From positions 189,978 through 253,977 of the forward strand of contig JAFLBL010000001.1 of NCBI GenBank assembly GCA_017303855.1: a DNA stretch of 64,000 nt. The letters run 5' to 3'. Source of the stretch: Chitinophagales bacterium (GTDB lineage Bacteria > Bacteroidota > Bacteroidia > Chitinophagales > Chitinophagaceae). The position numbers were made by a program, and so were the translations under genes. The notes beneath the pieces were generated by a model. That model was not told where the DNA came from, searched no databases, and saw only the letters and a list, made by a program, of their open reading frames with translations. Positions 55,472 to 64,000 of this stretch are shown here, piece by piece. Numbering within the stretch: position 1 is the stretch's first letter; each line of letters begins with the position of its first letter.

Positions 55472-57069
55472 ACTTCCTGCAGGATAACAAACTCCTGTTC
55501 CAGGCTCAGCGATGCGGCATAGAGTTGCTGAAGTATGCCTCTCCCCCATTTTGCATAGAAATAACTGATATTTTCGACCCGTTCCTGCAGCCCGTTGCCG
55601 GGAAACAACTGTTGTCTGATCGCTTCAATCTGCCTACGCTGATCATTGAATTTACGTTTTTCCGCACGGCCCATCTTCTTTTCCAGCTCCAGTAGATGGC
55701 GTATACTTTTTGCCTGCAGCGATTCCACATGTTTACCAAGTGTAGGATCTATGGCCACCGCTTGTTGTTGCAGCCCTTCATAAAAATGCTCCAGCGTGCT
55801 GATTGAACCATTGAGCCGGGTGTCAAGCTTGCTTTCACGTTGTACAAGACGATTCAGCAGCTGTTCGCCTGACTCAAACAAATCCTCATTCGTAAATCCA
55901 AGTCTGGAAGTCATTGCCTGCCATTTCTTTTCAACCAGCAGAAAGGAATTACGTAATACCAGCACCGGAAAAGGAACATGGTAATGCTCAAACAGCTCTT
56001 TCAACTGCAGCCAATAGGCCGTTTCACCGCCACCGCCAATAAACGCCACATCGGGCAGCAATGTTTCCTGGTAAATGCCGCGTAGAATCACATTCGGGCT
56101 GAACCGGTCAGGATGCAGTTCCAGTTCTGCCAGTATTTCATCACGGGTAAAAGACAATGATGTATCAACCACCTGGTAAATATCATCCCGCAATTCAATG
56201 CGGTTACGAATATCGTCCTTCAGGTAAAATAAATTTATTGCACGGGTACGTGCCTGTGCTTTGTAACCAGCCTTTTCCAGCCGTTCAGCCGTTTCATTAA
56301 CGATAGCGGCGGCACGTTGTTCCAGTAATTCCTCCCGGAAAACAGGAATCATGGTTCTTTTCAAAGCCTCGTTATCGGGAATTAAAACGACCAGTCCAAA
56401 ACTTGCAAAAAGTTCGTTTACAAAATGGAAAGTAGCCTCCTGTATAGTTTTTCCGGCCGTATAATATTTGCGTAGCAACCCGGTCATTTCTGCCCCATGG
56501 GGAAGTACCCCCAGCATACCTTCCATTTTATCAATCAGCTGCAAAAGGGATTTATCAATTTTCATCCGGCCCACGGCGCCTTGTTGCGTTGTATTCCACT
56601 CCAGTTTATCTCCGGCAACCTGAATGTGATTCAGTTCTTCGAAATCCGCGTCTTCAGAGCCGATATAATAGACGGGAACAAACCGGTTTTCAGGATAAAG
56701 TTCCTGTAAAGTGGCCGCCAGTTTTACCGCATGAAGTAGTTTATAAATAAAATACAACGGGCCGGTAAATATATTATTCTGATGAGCGGTAGTGACCGTA
56801 AAAGTGGTATCCGACAGGAGTGATTGTATATTTGATTTTACCAGATCACTGGTAGCTGTTCCGGCATATTGCTTCAACAGTTCATTCACCACTGTTTGGC
56901 GGTTGCCTGCAAATGCTTTCCGTGCCGTCATTATTTTTTCTATTCCCTTCACGGATGGCACAGCTGCGGCGAATGCACGTATAGCCTCCGTTTGGTCTAT
57001 ATAGTCCAGCACAATCCCGGAAAATGCACCGGTCTTACGATAAGGAACGCGGGTGGAAGAAAAGTTCAT
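55468..57069 (-). CDS. bshC: bacillithiol biosynthesis cysteine-adding enzyme BshC
   Basis: 533 aa. The N-terminus [31 protein letters not shown] and a C-terminal coiled coil match my recollection of the BshC (YllA) family. Confidence 0.75.
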   Translation of the reverse strand: MNFSSTRVPYRKTGAFSGIVLDYIDQTEAIRAFAAAVPSVKGIEKIMTARKAFAGNRQTVVNELLKQYAGTATSDLVKSNIQSLLSDTTFTVTTAHQNNIFTGPLYFIYKLLHAVKLAATLQELYPENRFVPVYYIGSEDADFEELNHIQVAGDKLEWNTTQQGAVGRMKIDKSLLQLIDKMEGMLGVLPHGAEMTGLLRKYYTAGKTIQEATFHFVNELFASFGLVVLIPDNEALKRTMIPVFREELLEQRAAAIVNETAERLEKAGYKAQARTRAINLFYLKDDIRNRIELRDDIYQVVDTSLSFTRDEILAELELHPDRFSPNVILRGIYQETLLPDVAFIGGGGETAYWLQLKELFEHYHVPFPVLVLRNSFLLVEKKWQAMTSRLGFTNEDLFESGEQLLNRLVQRESKLDTRLNGSISTLEHFYEGLQQQAVAIDPTLGKHVESLQAKSIRHLLELEKKMGRAEKRKFNDQRRQIEAIRQQLFPGNGLQERVENISYFYAKWGRGILQQLYAASLSLEQEFVILQEV

Positions 57070-57201
57070 ATGCGATGGTAAAAATAAGAAGTCTCGGGGA
57101 CAGTAGTAAGCCCGGGCAGGAAATAGTGTTGCAACCCTGACTATTCAGGAAAAATTTAACAAGGCGAATAGCATGATCCGGCGATATCCGGCACCAGCTA
57201 T

Positions 57202-58455
57202 CTACCGCGAAAACCGTTCCACAGCAAACGCCTGCATATCCATACTCAATGGTACACGGTTCACAAATTCGCTCACCAGCTTTCCGGTGCCGGCGCCAAG
57301 GCTAAGCCCCAACATACTATGACCTGTCGCCACGGTGAGATTGGAAAACTTACTTACCCTGCCGATAAAAGGTAACCCGTCAGCAGAACAAGGACGGTAT
57401 CCATACCAGATTTTCTCCTGTGCCGGCAGCGGTATGTCAAACTCAGGATAATAACGTTTTACGGTATCCAGAATGCCCTGCACCCTGCTCATACGGGGCG
57501 GTGTTTTGTGGGACGTCACTTCCATGGTTCCGCCAAACCTGATCTTATTTCCGTCCATGGGGGTGGTGGCGACACGGCCTTCCACCAGGATCGAGGGATA
57601 GTTAAGTTTATAAGGAGAGTCTTCTAACGTTACAGAATAACCCCGTCCGGGCATCAGGGGAATCCGTATATCCAGTAAGGCCGCTGTATGCCTGCCCCAG
57701 GAACCGGTTGCCAATATAATTTCATCCGCATCAAATGCAGTTTTCCCGGCTACTACTTTTTGTATTTTCCCGTTACCCGTTTCAAATCCGGTTACCTCCG
57801 TATTACCGATCAGTTGCACACCGGAGGCACGCAGATAGGCCAGCAGTTGTTGCATGAGTTTATTGGGGTAACAATGGGCATCACATTTAAAAAACAGGGC
57901 CCCGGTTGCATTCATATTAACACCGGGTTCCAGCTGATCAAGTTCTTCTTTATTCAGCAGTACAGTATCAGAGAGCCCCAGTTCATGGGCTTTATGCAAC
58001 GTATGTTGTGCATGATCAGCGGCTGCATCGGTCTGAAATATTTCAAGCAGTCCTTTGTGTTCATAAGCAAAATTTAATCCGGGATTACGGGTCCAGTCTT
58101 CATATTCGTGTTTACTGAGAATGGCAATATCGCGGAGAGGCGCGGCTACCGCTTCAACTTGCTGCGGGGTGGCGCTCCGCATAAACTTCAAACCCCAGTT
58201 AATCAGGTTCAGATCAAATCTGGGTTGTACGTAAAAAGGACTTTTGGAATTCCACATCCATTTCAGTCCCTGTTTCACAATGCCTGGTGTGGCAAGAGGA
58301 ATAAAATGAGAAGGGCATATATATCCGGCATTCCCATAGGAACAGTTATCCGAAAAATCGCCCTTGTCAACTACGGTAACTTCCCAACCGGAACGATGCA
58401 GGTAAAGAGATGTACTAAGTCCGATAATACCCCCGCCAACAACTACAGCCTTCAT
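57202..58455 (-). CDS. FAD-dependent oxidoreductase (D-amino acid dehydrogenase-like)
   Basis: 417 aa. It has the N-terminal dinucleotide fold MKAVVVGGGIIGLSTSLYL and DadA-like length and motifs. Confidence 0.8.
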   Translation of the reverse strand: MKAVVVGGGIIGLSTSLYLHRSGWEVTVVDKGDFSDNCSYGNAGYICPSHFIPLATPGIVKQGLKWMWNSKSPFYVQPRFDLNLINWGLKFMRSATPQQVEAVAAPLRDIAILSKHEYEDWTRNPGLNFAYEHKGLLEIFQTDAAADHAQHTLHKAHELGLSDTVLLNKEELDQLEPGVNMNATGALFFKCDAHCYPNKLMQQLLAYLRASGVQLIGNTEVTGFETGNGKIQKVVAGKTAFDADEIILATGSWGRHTAALLDIRIPLMPGRGYSVTLEDSPYKLNYPSILVEGRVATTPMDGNKIRFGGTMEVTSHKTPPRMSRVQGILDTVKRYYPEFDIPLPAQEKIWYGYRPCSADGLPFIGRVSKFSNLTVATGHSMLGLSLGAGTGKLVSEFVNRVPLSMDMQAFAVERFSR

Positions 58456-58543
58456 AAATAAATGGATTAATATGAATAACTGTAAAATTAAGAACTATCC
58501 TGTTACTATGATCATTTGAACCATCGTACTACATCCCCATGTG

Positions 58544-60718
58544 TCAGGCTGCGGCCGGCCTTGCATATTTCAGCAGCATATCCCTCAGCATTTCAGGCTT
58601 AAAAGGTTTTTGTACATAATCGTTAAAGCCGCTGTTAGCCAGCTGGTCTTTCATGTGTTCCATCACCGTGGCTGTAAAAGCAACAGCCGGCACTGCGGAG
58701 TTCATATTCCTGATATCCTTTAATGCCATATAGCCATCCTTTTCCGGCATATCAAGATCCAGCAGTAAAAGGTCGAATTCGCCGTTGCCCGCTCTGAACT
58801 TCTGAACAGCTTCTTCGCCATTGCAGGCTTTTGTATATCGGATGCCCCATTTGTCAAGGAAACGGGTAACAATCATCATATTCACCATATTATCCTCCGC
58901 AACCAGCACATTCATATTGGTGGCACCCGGAGTTATCCTTGCGGCAACCGGATTTTTGCTATTTCTGTCATGTAACCCGGCATCCGTTAATAACCCGTGC
59001 ATGGGCATACTCAGCAGAAAATAAAAGCAACTGCCTATACCCGGTTTACTGGTCAGACCAATATTGCCCCCCATCAGGTTAATCAGTTTCTGACTGATGG
59101 TGAGCCCCAGGCCGGTACCACCATATTGACGGGTGATATTGGTATCTGCTTGTGAAAATTGTTCAAATATCAGGCTTTGTTTGTCCCTGGAAATTCCGAT
59201 TCCCGTATCCTCCACACTAAAATGTATACTGGCCGAATTACCACTTGTACTAACCAGTTTTACATTAATTGCCACTTTCCCTTCCTGTGTAAACTTCAAC
59301 GCATTGGACAGCAGATTGGCCAACACCTAATTAAGCCTCATTGAGTCGCCGCTTACAAAAAAATTAATGGATGGATCCACATTGGCCACCAGTGAAAGCC
59401 CTTTATTGGCAAATTGCTGGCGGAAAACAGATACAGACCGTTGAATCAGATCGATGAGGTTGATATCAATATGCTCCAGCTGGATTTTATCAGCCTCCAG
59501 CTTACTCAGATCAAGTATATCATTTATCAGCCCAAGCATATGCTCCGATGAATATTTTAATACATTCAGATGATCATGCTGATGTGGTAATAAGGCATCA
59601 TCCAGCATCAGGTTCGTGGTACCTATAATTCCGTTTAACGGGGTCCGCAATTCATGGCTCATCTGGGACAGAAATTGCGTCTTAACCACCGATGATTCTT
59701 CCGCTTTTGATTTCGCAATACGAAGATCCTCCAGAATCTGATGACGTTCAGTAATATCAACAATAGTGATTTTCTTATATTCATCACCATCGTACCGGAA
59801 AGAAACCATACTCACCTGTGCCGGAAAAAAACCCCCACCTGTACGAATACATGATTTTTCCCCACACCAGCTTTCTCCGGGTGTGGAAATCAATGAATGA
59901 AAAAGCGAACCCTCCGCAGCACTACTTTCCGCAAAAACAGAAGCAATAGCGGATCCCTTCAGGGCATGTCTTGTGCCATCTGAAAAAATCCGGTCAGATT
60001 CCACATTACAATCACTGATGATGCCCGTGCGGCTGTGAACTATTATTTCAGCGTGGAGTGAACTGTTGAAAATCGTTTCGAGAAATTCGTGCTTACTGAC
60101 CAATTCCCGTTGCATCACCCCATTATCACTCATCAGAATATAGGATATATATAATATCAGGCAGAAAGAAATGGTCATATTCACAAGAAAATTCACCTGT
60201 GTCTCCATCGTAACAGGTATACCTGCCGGCATACTGGACACAAACAACAGGATTGTGGCCATATAAAAAAAGGCGGTAAGACCAAATGACCAGGTTTTAT
60301 CTTCTTTTGAACCACTCAATGAAATAAAGGAAAAACTGATAACTACCGCGGAATAATACAGATTGGTGCCTGACATCATGCCCTCTGTTAGTACCAGTAA
60401 AAACAGTGAAATATTGACTGTGATTAATAAAAGATAATGAGCAATCCTGTTCCGGCCGGCATCAATAAGATAGCGGATGCCCAGTAAAGCCACACAGGTG
60501 AGTGCGGTAATAATATAACTGACCATCTGCGAGGAGAGAAAATTCAGGAAAGAGGCCAGGAAATAAAAACTAAATGCGAGTATCTGGTACAAACGCAATC
60601 TGTATGTATAATCACTTTCTCCCGGGACGCTCCTGGCAAAAAACCAATCAACAAGACCAGGACGGCTCAACAGGGATTTCCCCGGAGTAGATTGTTGCGG
60701 AAATGATACGGCTTCCAT
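58544..60718 (-). pseudogene. hybrid sensor histidine kinase/response regulator interrupted by a single in-frame TAG (59327-59329)
   Basis: Track ORFs 59327..60718 and 58544..59326 are contiguous in one frame. The upstream part has about 6 TM segments, a PAS-like region and HisKA (SHELRTPLNG). The junction reads GDSMRLN-TAG-VLANLLSNALKFT, the HATPase N-box in which the stop replaces the conserved Gln (CAG). G1/G2 boxes and a REC domain (LLLDLDMPEKDG) lie downstream. Confidence 0.75.
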
Positions 60719-61246
60719 AGGAACTAATCAGATTTGATAAGTGGATTGTGAACAAAAGTAAAACGCTTTTAAGTGTATTTTAATTATATACCCTTATTTT
60801 AATATCAATATTTTTTTCATTTAGTAAATCTCCCTGGTAATTATCCTATCGGTAAAAATGCAGGTTATTAAGCCCTGCCGCGAACATAACCTGCAATCGA
60901 AATTTTTACCCATTAATCGAAAATCCGGCGCCGTTTATCGATAACCAGTTGTGCATACCAAAACGCCTTCACATCTTTGCATAGCAATTACGAAAACGTA
61001 TTGCGCACTATCCAAATCCTGACGAAAGGCGCTGATATCCGGAAGAACCAGCCAGTATCCAGAACAACCGCCAATACCTGTGAAGACCCGTTGAAATTCC
61101 AAGATCCTGATTTTCTTAATTAAAAACTGACACATGAATTAAGAAATGTACACAACACAATCCGTCCTTTGAAAAACACAACTGTTGAAATCTGTATCTG
61201 AAAACCAGCACGACAAAAACGTAAACGATTTCAACAATACCAGACA

Positions 61247-61277
61247 GGCTGCAGCTGAATAGCTGCAGCCTTTTTTT
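61247..61277 (+). terminator. strong orphan intrinsic terminator with no upstream plus-strand gene
   Basis: Perfect 10-bp stem GGCTGCAGCT-gaat-AGCTGCAGCC followed by T7. The nearest upstream gene is on the opposite strand and points away. Confidence 0.7.
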
Positions 61278-61493
61278 ATTCCGGAATAGCATTTAGTTAT
61301 TACGTTTACACATCATAGATAGTCCCATTTCCTCTATCAACAAACCCGTAGTATTACGCTACCTTTTATCGACAATCCGGATACGTTTACCGAAAAAAAA
61401 CGATGATACTATGCGGAAAATACTGCATGAATTACTTTAGTCCGGTCAAAGAACAGATTTCCAATTTCCCGTGAAGACTGATAAATCCGTACA

Positions 61494-64000
61494 ATGAAAA
61501 AGCTCATCGTTATCCTGTTTTTACTACCTGTATATAAAAACGGAATTACCCAATGCCCGGCCACGTTAACAGTTAATGTACAATCCACCTCCGATTGCAC
61601 CTGCCCGGATAACGGAACAGTTGTTCTGGGCGGCAATGGTACCGGCAATCCGGATGTAACTTTTAAAATAATTGCCGGTCCGTCACATGTGGGCATGGAA
61701 CAGAACGCGCCTGTTTTCCATTCTCTTTCAGCCGGCACCTACCAGTTTGCGGCTATCTGTAACAGCCAGACTGTAACCGTAAATGCCACAATAAACAATT
61801 TGTTTTCGCCGCTTAGTAATACATTCAGCATAAGTACGAGTGACATTTGCACCAGTTATTTACCCGGCGGCACCATCACCGTAAATGGCGTAACTGGTGG
61901 CACCGCCCCATACAGCTATTCATTTTTAAACACAGGTAACGCCAACTACGACGACGCATTGTCAGTGTACCAGGCTGCACCCACCATTTCCGCTTCATCC
62001 TGGGGAACTTACCAGGTCAGGGTAAAAGACGCCTGTGGTACATTTATTACCAAAACAGTAAATCTGCAACCGGATAATCTTCCGGTATCATTCTCCGGTG
62101 CCAATGTGACCTTTGACAATATTGCCTGTGATTCGGCAGGCTTGTACTTCTGGATGATGGACGATGACGGAACCGGGGTGGTTATTTCAGATTACAACAA
62201 ACTCCGCTTTAATATATATGAAAAAAATCCTGCTTCCTGTACACCGGGAATATTGATAAAAACCTTTGAACTCTCCACTAATGATGATCAGTATATGGTT
62301 ATCCCGCGCAGGGATGTATATATCGAGATTATCAATCCCTGTGGTGTGAGCCGCAGCAGCTGCTATGACTATCCGGATAATGACAGCCTTGTAACCCGCT
62401 GGATTCCCCTTATCAAGGGTTGTGGATCCGGAGCAGATCCCTATAGCCTGACCATTAAGCATCAATACAATGAATTTGCCAAGCCCCCCTTAAACGTCGC
62501 TCTTTATAATAATGCCACCAACCTGTTATTACAATCATTTGTTACATCAACTAACTGGGAATGCGGGAGCTTTACCGGTTTACCCGTTGCCGGAACCTAT
62601 AAAATTATTGTGACAGATGCCTGTGGGAAAAAAGATACGGTTATACATTCCGCACCGGCCGGTGGTATTGGCATTGCACCGATTGGCTCCGGCTCACTGG
62701 TGGATAAAGAATGTTCCTTCAAAGACGGAAAAACAACAGTAAAACTGAAACTGACCGGTTTCCTGTCTAATATGGATATCACCACTGTAACTATATCCAG
62801 CGGACCTGACAATATCGGTCAGACGGCCACAATAAACCCATATGATGGCTTGTTTTATTTTCACAATCTTACGCCCAATGCGTTATATGGTTTTACCATT
62901 AACAATGGTTGCGGCACAACAGTTATAAATTTCACCATTACAACCCCGGTCTGGGATATTATCAAATTCACAATGCACCCTGTCGTCAGTCAGCAATGCG
63001 GCAGTTCAGGGAATATTGATGCGGATATCGTCTATTCCGGATGGGGTAACTACCGTTCAGAATTATGGAACGGAGCCACATTGATCGATGCCAATAATTC
63101 GGGTCAGTATGCCAATGTCGCCGCCGGGACCTATACGTTACTGGCCATTGTCGAGCAGGACTGGTGTGATGGGCGAACCAGTGACACATTGCAGTCCACG
63201 GTGACAATACTACCTTCTGGTTCGTTACCGGTTGTAAGCCGCAAAGTCAGTTTTATTTGCGAATCAGGAGGTATACCTACAACTAAAGGTTATGCGTATA
63301 TCGAAACCAGCGGCTTTGGCCCATTCCGGTATGACCTCAAACGCGTAAGCCCTCTACCTCAAGCTACTTATTCAAACCTGGCCATGAATGCAGCGTCGAA
63401 TTACACCATCAGCAACCTGGATGCCTATGCAATTTACAGCCTGATGGTAACCGACAATTGCGGCAACTCCACGCTTTCTGAAATATCAGTAGGAACATTG
63501 GGATCTATAAGTCTTGAAAATGCTTATCAGCCCTGCCGGAATTCTGCCTTCCTGATCCAGGCACCCCAATTGGCCGGTGCAACGTATACCTGGACAAAAA
63601 ACACCAGCCCGTCAGTACAACTCAGCAACAACCGGTCTCTTTTCTTTGCTAATTACGAAGAATCGAATGATGGTGCATATACCTGTTTGATTACACTTAA
63701 CGGTGGCTGTCTGCAACGTACACTTACTGCGAACCTGGCCTCTTTCTTTTGCGGAGCCGTGCTCCCTATCACATTTACAGATGTAAGTGTCCGCCAGCAG
63801 GAATGCAAGCCGGTTATCAGCTTTACCGTCACCGGTGAAGTAGCGGAACAATATGATATTGAAAAGAGTTATGACAACCTTCATTTCTATAAAACGGCCA
63901 CATTGAATTCCAATTACGCGCTTACAGATAGTCTTACCCGCTATACGTATACAGACAATACAGCGGCAGCGGGACACCTGTATTACAGAATTAAGGCGAT
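61494..64000 (+). CDS. large secreted Cys-rich repeat protein (SprB-like/Ig-like modules), 3' end outside window
   Basis: ATG at 61494 (MKKLIVILFLLPVYKNG...) and open to base 64000 (835 codons). It is missing from the ORF track because it has no stop in the window. It has about six modules of roughly 100 aa ending in G(T)Y..V.D.CG (GTYQVRVKDACG, GTYKIIVTDACG, IYSLMVTDNCG) and one GGTAPYSYSF SprB-repeat-like motif. Confidence 0.75.
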   Translation, partial: MKKLIVILFLLPVYKNGITQCPATLTVNVQSTSDCTCPDNGTVVLGGNGTGNPDVTFKIIAGPSHVGMEQNAPVFHSLSAGTYQFAAICNSQTVTVNATINNLFSPLSNTFSISTSDICTSYLPGGTITVNGVTGGTAPYSYSFLNTGNANYDDALSVYQAAPTISASSWGTYQVRVKDACGTFITKTVNLQPDNLPVSFSGANVTFDNIACDSAGLYFWMMDDDGTGVVISDYNKLRFNIYEKNPASCTPGILIKTFELSTNDDQYMVIPRRDVYIEIINPCGVSRSSCYDYPDNDSLVTRWIPLIKGCGSGADPYSLTIKHQYNEFAKPPLNVALYNNATNLLLQSFVTSTNWECGSFTGLPVAGTYKIIVTDACGKKDTVIHSAPAGGIGIAPIGSGSLVDKECSFKDGKTTVKLKLTGFLSNMDITTVTISSGPDNIGQTATINPYDGLFYFHNLTPNALYGFTINNGCGTTVINFTITTPVWDIIKFTMHPVVSQQCGSSGNIDADIVYSGWGNYRSELWNGATLIDANNSGQYANVAAGTYTLLAIVEQDWCDGRTSDTLQSTVTILPSGSLPVVSRKVSFICESGGIPTTKGYAYIETSGFGPFRYDLKRVSPLPQATYSNLAMNAASNYTISNLDAYAIYSLMVTDNCGNSTLSEISVGTLGSISLENAYQPCRNSAFLIQAPQLAGATYTWTKNTSPSVQLSNNRSLFFANYEESNDGAYTCLITLNGGCLQRTLTANLASFFCGAVLPITFTDVSVRQQECKPVISFTVTGEVAEQYDIEKSYDNLHFYKTATLNSNYALTDSLTRYTYTDNTAAAGHLYYRIKA

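Noticed and set aside
59327-59329. The in-frame TAG might encode pyrrolysine or be a programmed recoding site.
   Set aside because: The position aligns with a conserved Gln codon one transition away (CAG). There are no pyl genes or recoding structures in the window, and Bacteroidota are not known to use Pyl. A nonsense mutation or a sequencing error is more parsimonious.
60935-61135. 66-aa minus-strand ORF in the kinase / surface-protein intergenic region.
   Set aside because: It has no promoter box, an odd composition and overlaps the candidate plus-strand sRNA region. It is not distinguishable from a chance ORF.
1-64000. Mobile elements, prophage, genomic or defence islands, and tRNA or rRNA genes.
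   Set aside because: There are no transposase, integrase, recombinase or phage-like ORFs and no long terminal inverted or direct repeats. I saw no tRNA-like T-loop (GGTTCGAAT-type) sequences outside coding regions. Gene content is overwhelmingly housekeeping with uniform packing.

Overview
This 64-kb segment looks like core chromosome of a Bacteroidota bacterium, probably Chitinophagia-like. Supporting signs are a fused ~1000-aa SecDF, bacillithiol genes (bshB1, bshC, YfiT/DinB transferase), Bacteroidota-type DUF proteins, an SprB-like Cys-rich surface protein, and TAnnTTTG -7 promoter boxes with no obvious Shine-Dalgarno sites. I call about 55 protein genes, tightly packed on both strands. 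They cover housekeeping functions (glnS, secDF, folC, fbp, aspartate kinase, purK/purE, hppD, acyl-CoA dehydrogenase, methylmalonyl-CoA-mutase catalytic subunit, ccmE/ccmF, aminotransferase). They also include envelope and stress genes: an RND efflux operon, LemA plus an M48 protease, two tandem-USP proteins, a penicillin-acylase-family hydrolase and a YafK-like L,D-transpeptidase. I found no tRNA, rRNA, CRISPR array, transposase, integrase or recognisable defence island, and no convincing multi-gene novel system. The leads that the gene list does not explain are listed here. (1) An unannotated 49-codon lysine-rich ORF sits 9 nt upstream of a minimal SET-domain methyltransferase gene. (2) A hybrid sensor kinase is interrupted by one in-frame TAG at the conserved N-box Gln codon. 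(3) A very strong orphan intrinsic terminator with an upstream hairpin (candidate sRNA or attenuator) lies in the 775-nt gap before a large Cys-rich repeat protein gene. That gene runs off the window and is missing from the ORF track. (4) An uncharacterised radical-SAM gene lies in a 4-gene plus-strand cluster. (5) Several intergenic arrays of degenerate 7-, 8- and 21-nt repeats have extreme strand composition. (6) A 907-nt non-coding gap lies upstream of secDF. All family calls come from reading the translations and recalling motifs; no database search was possible.
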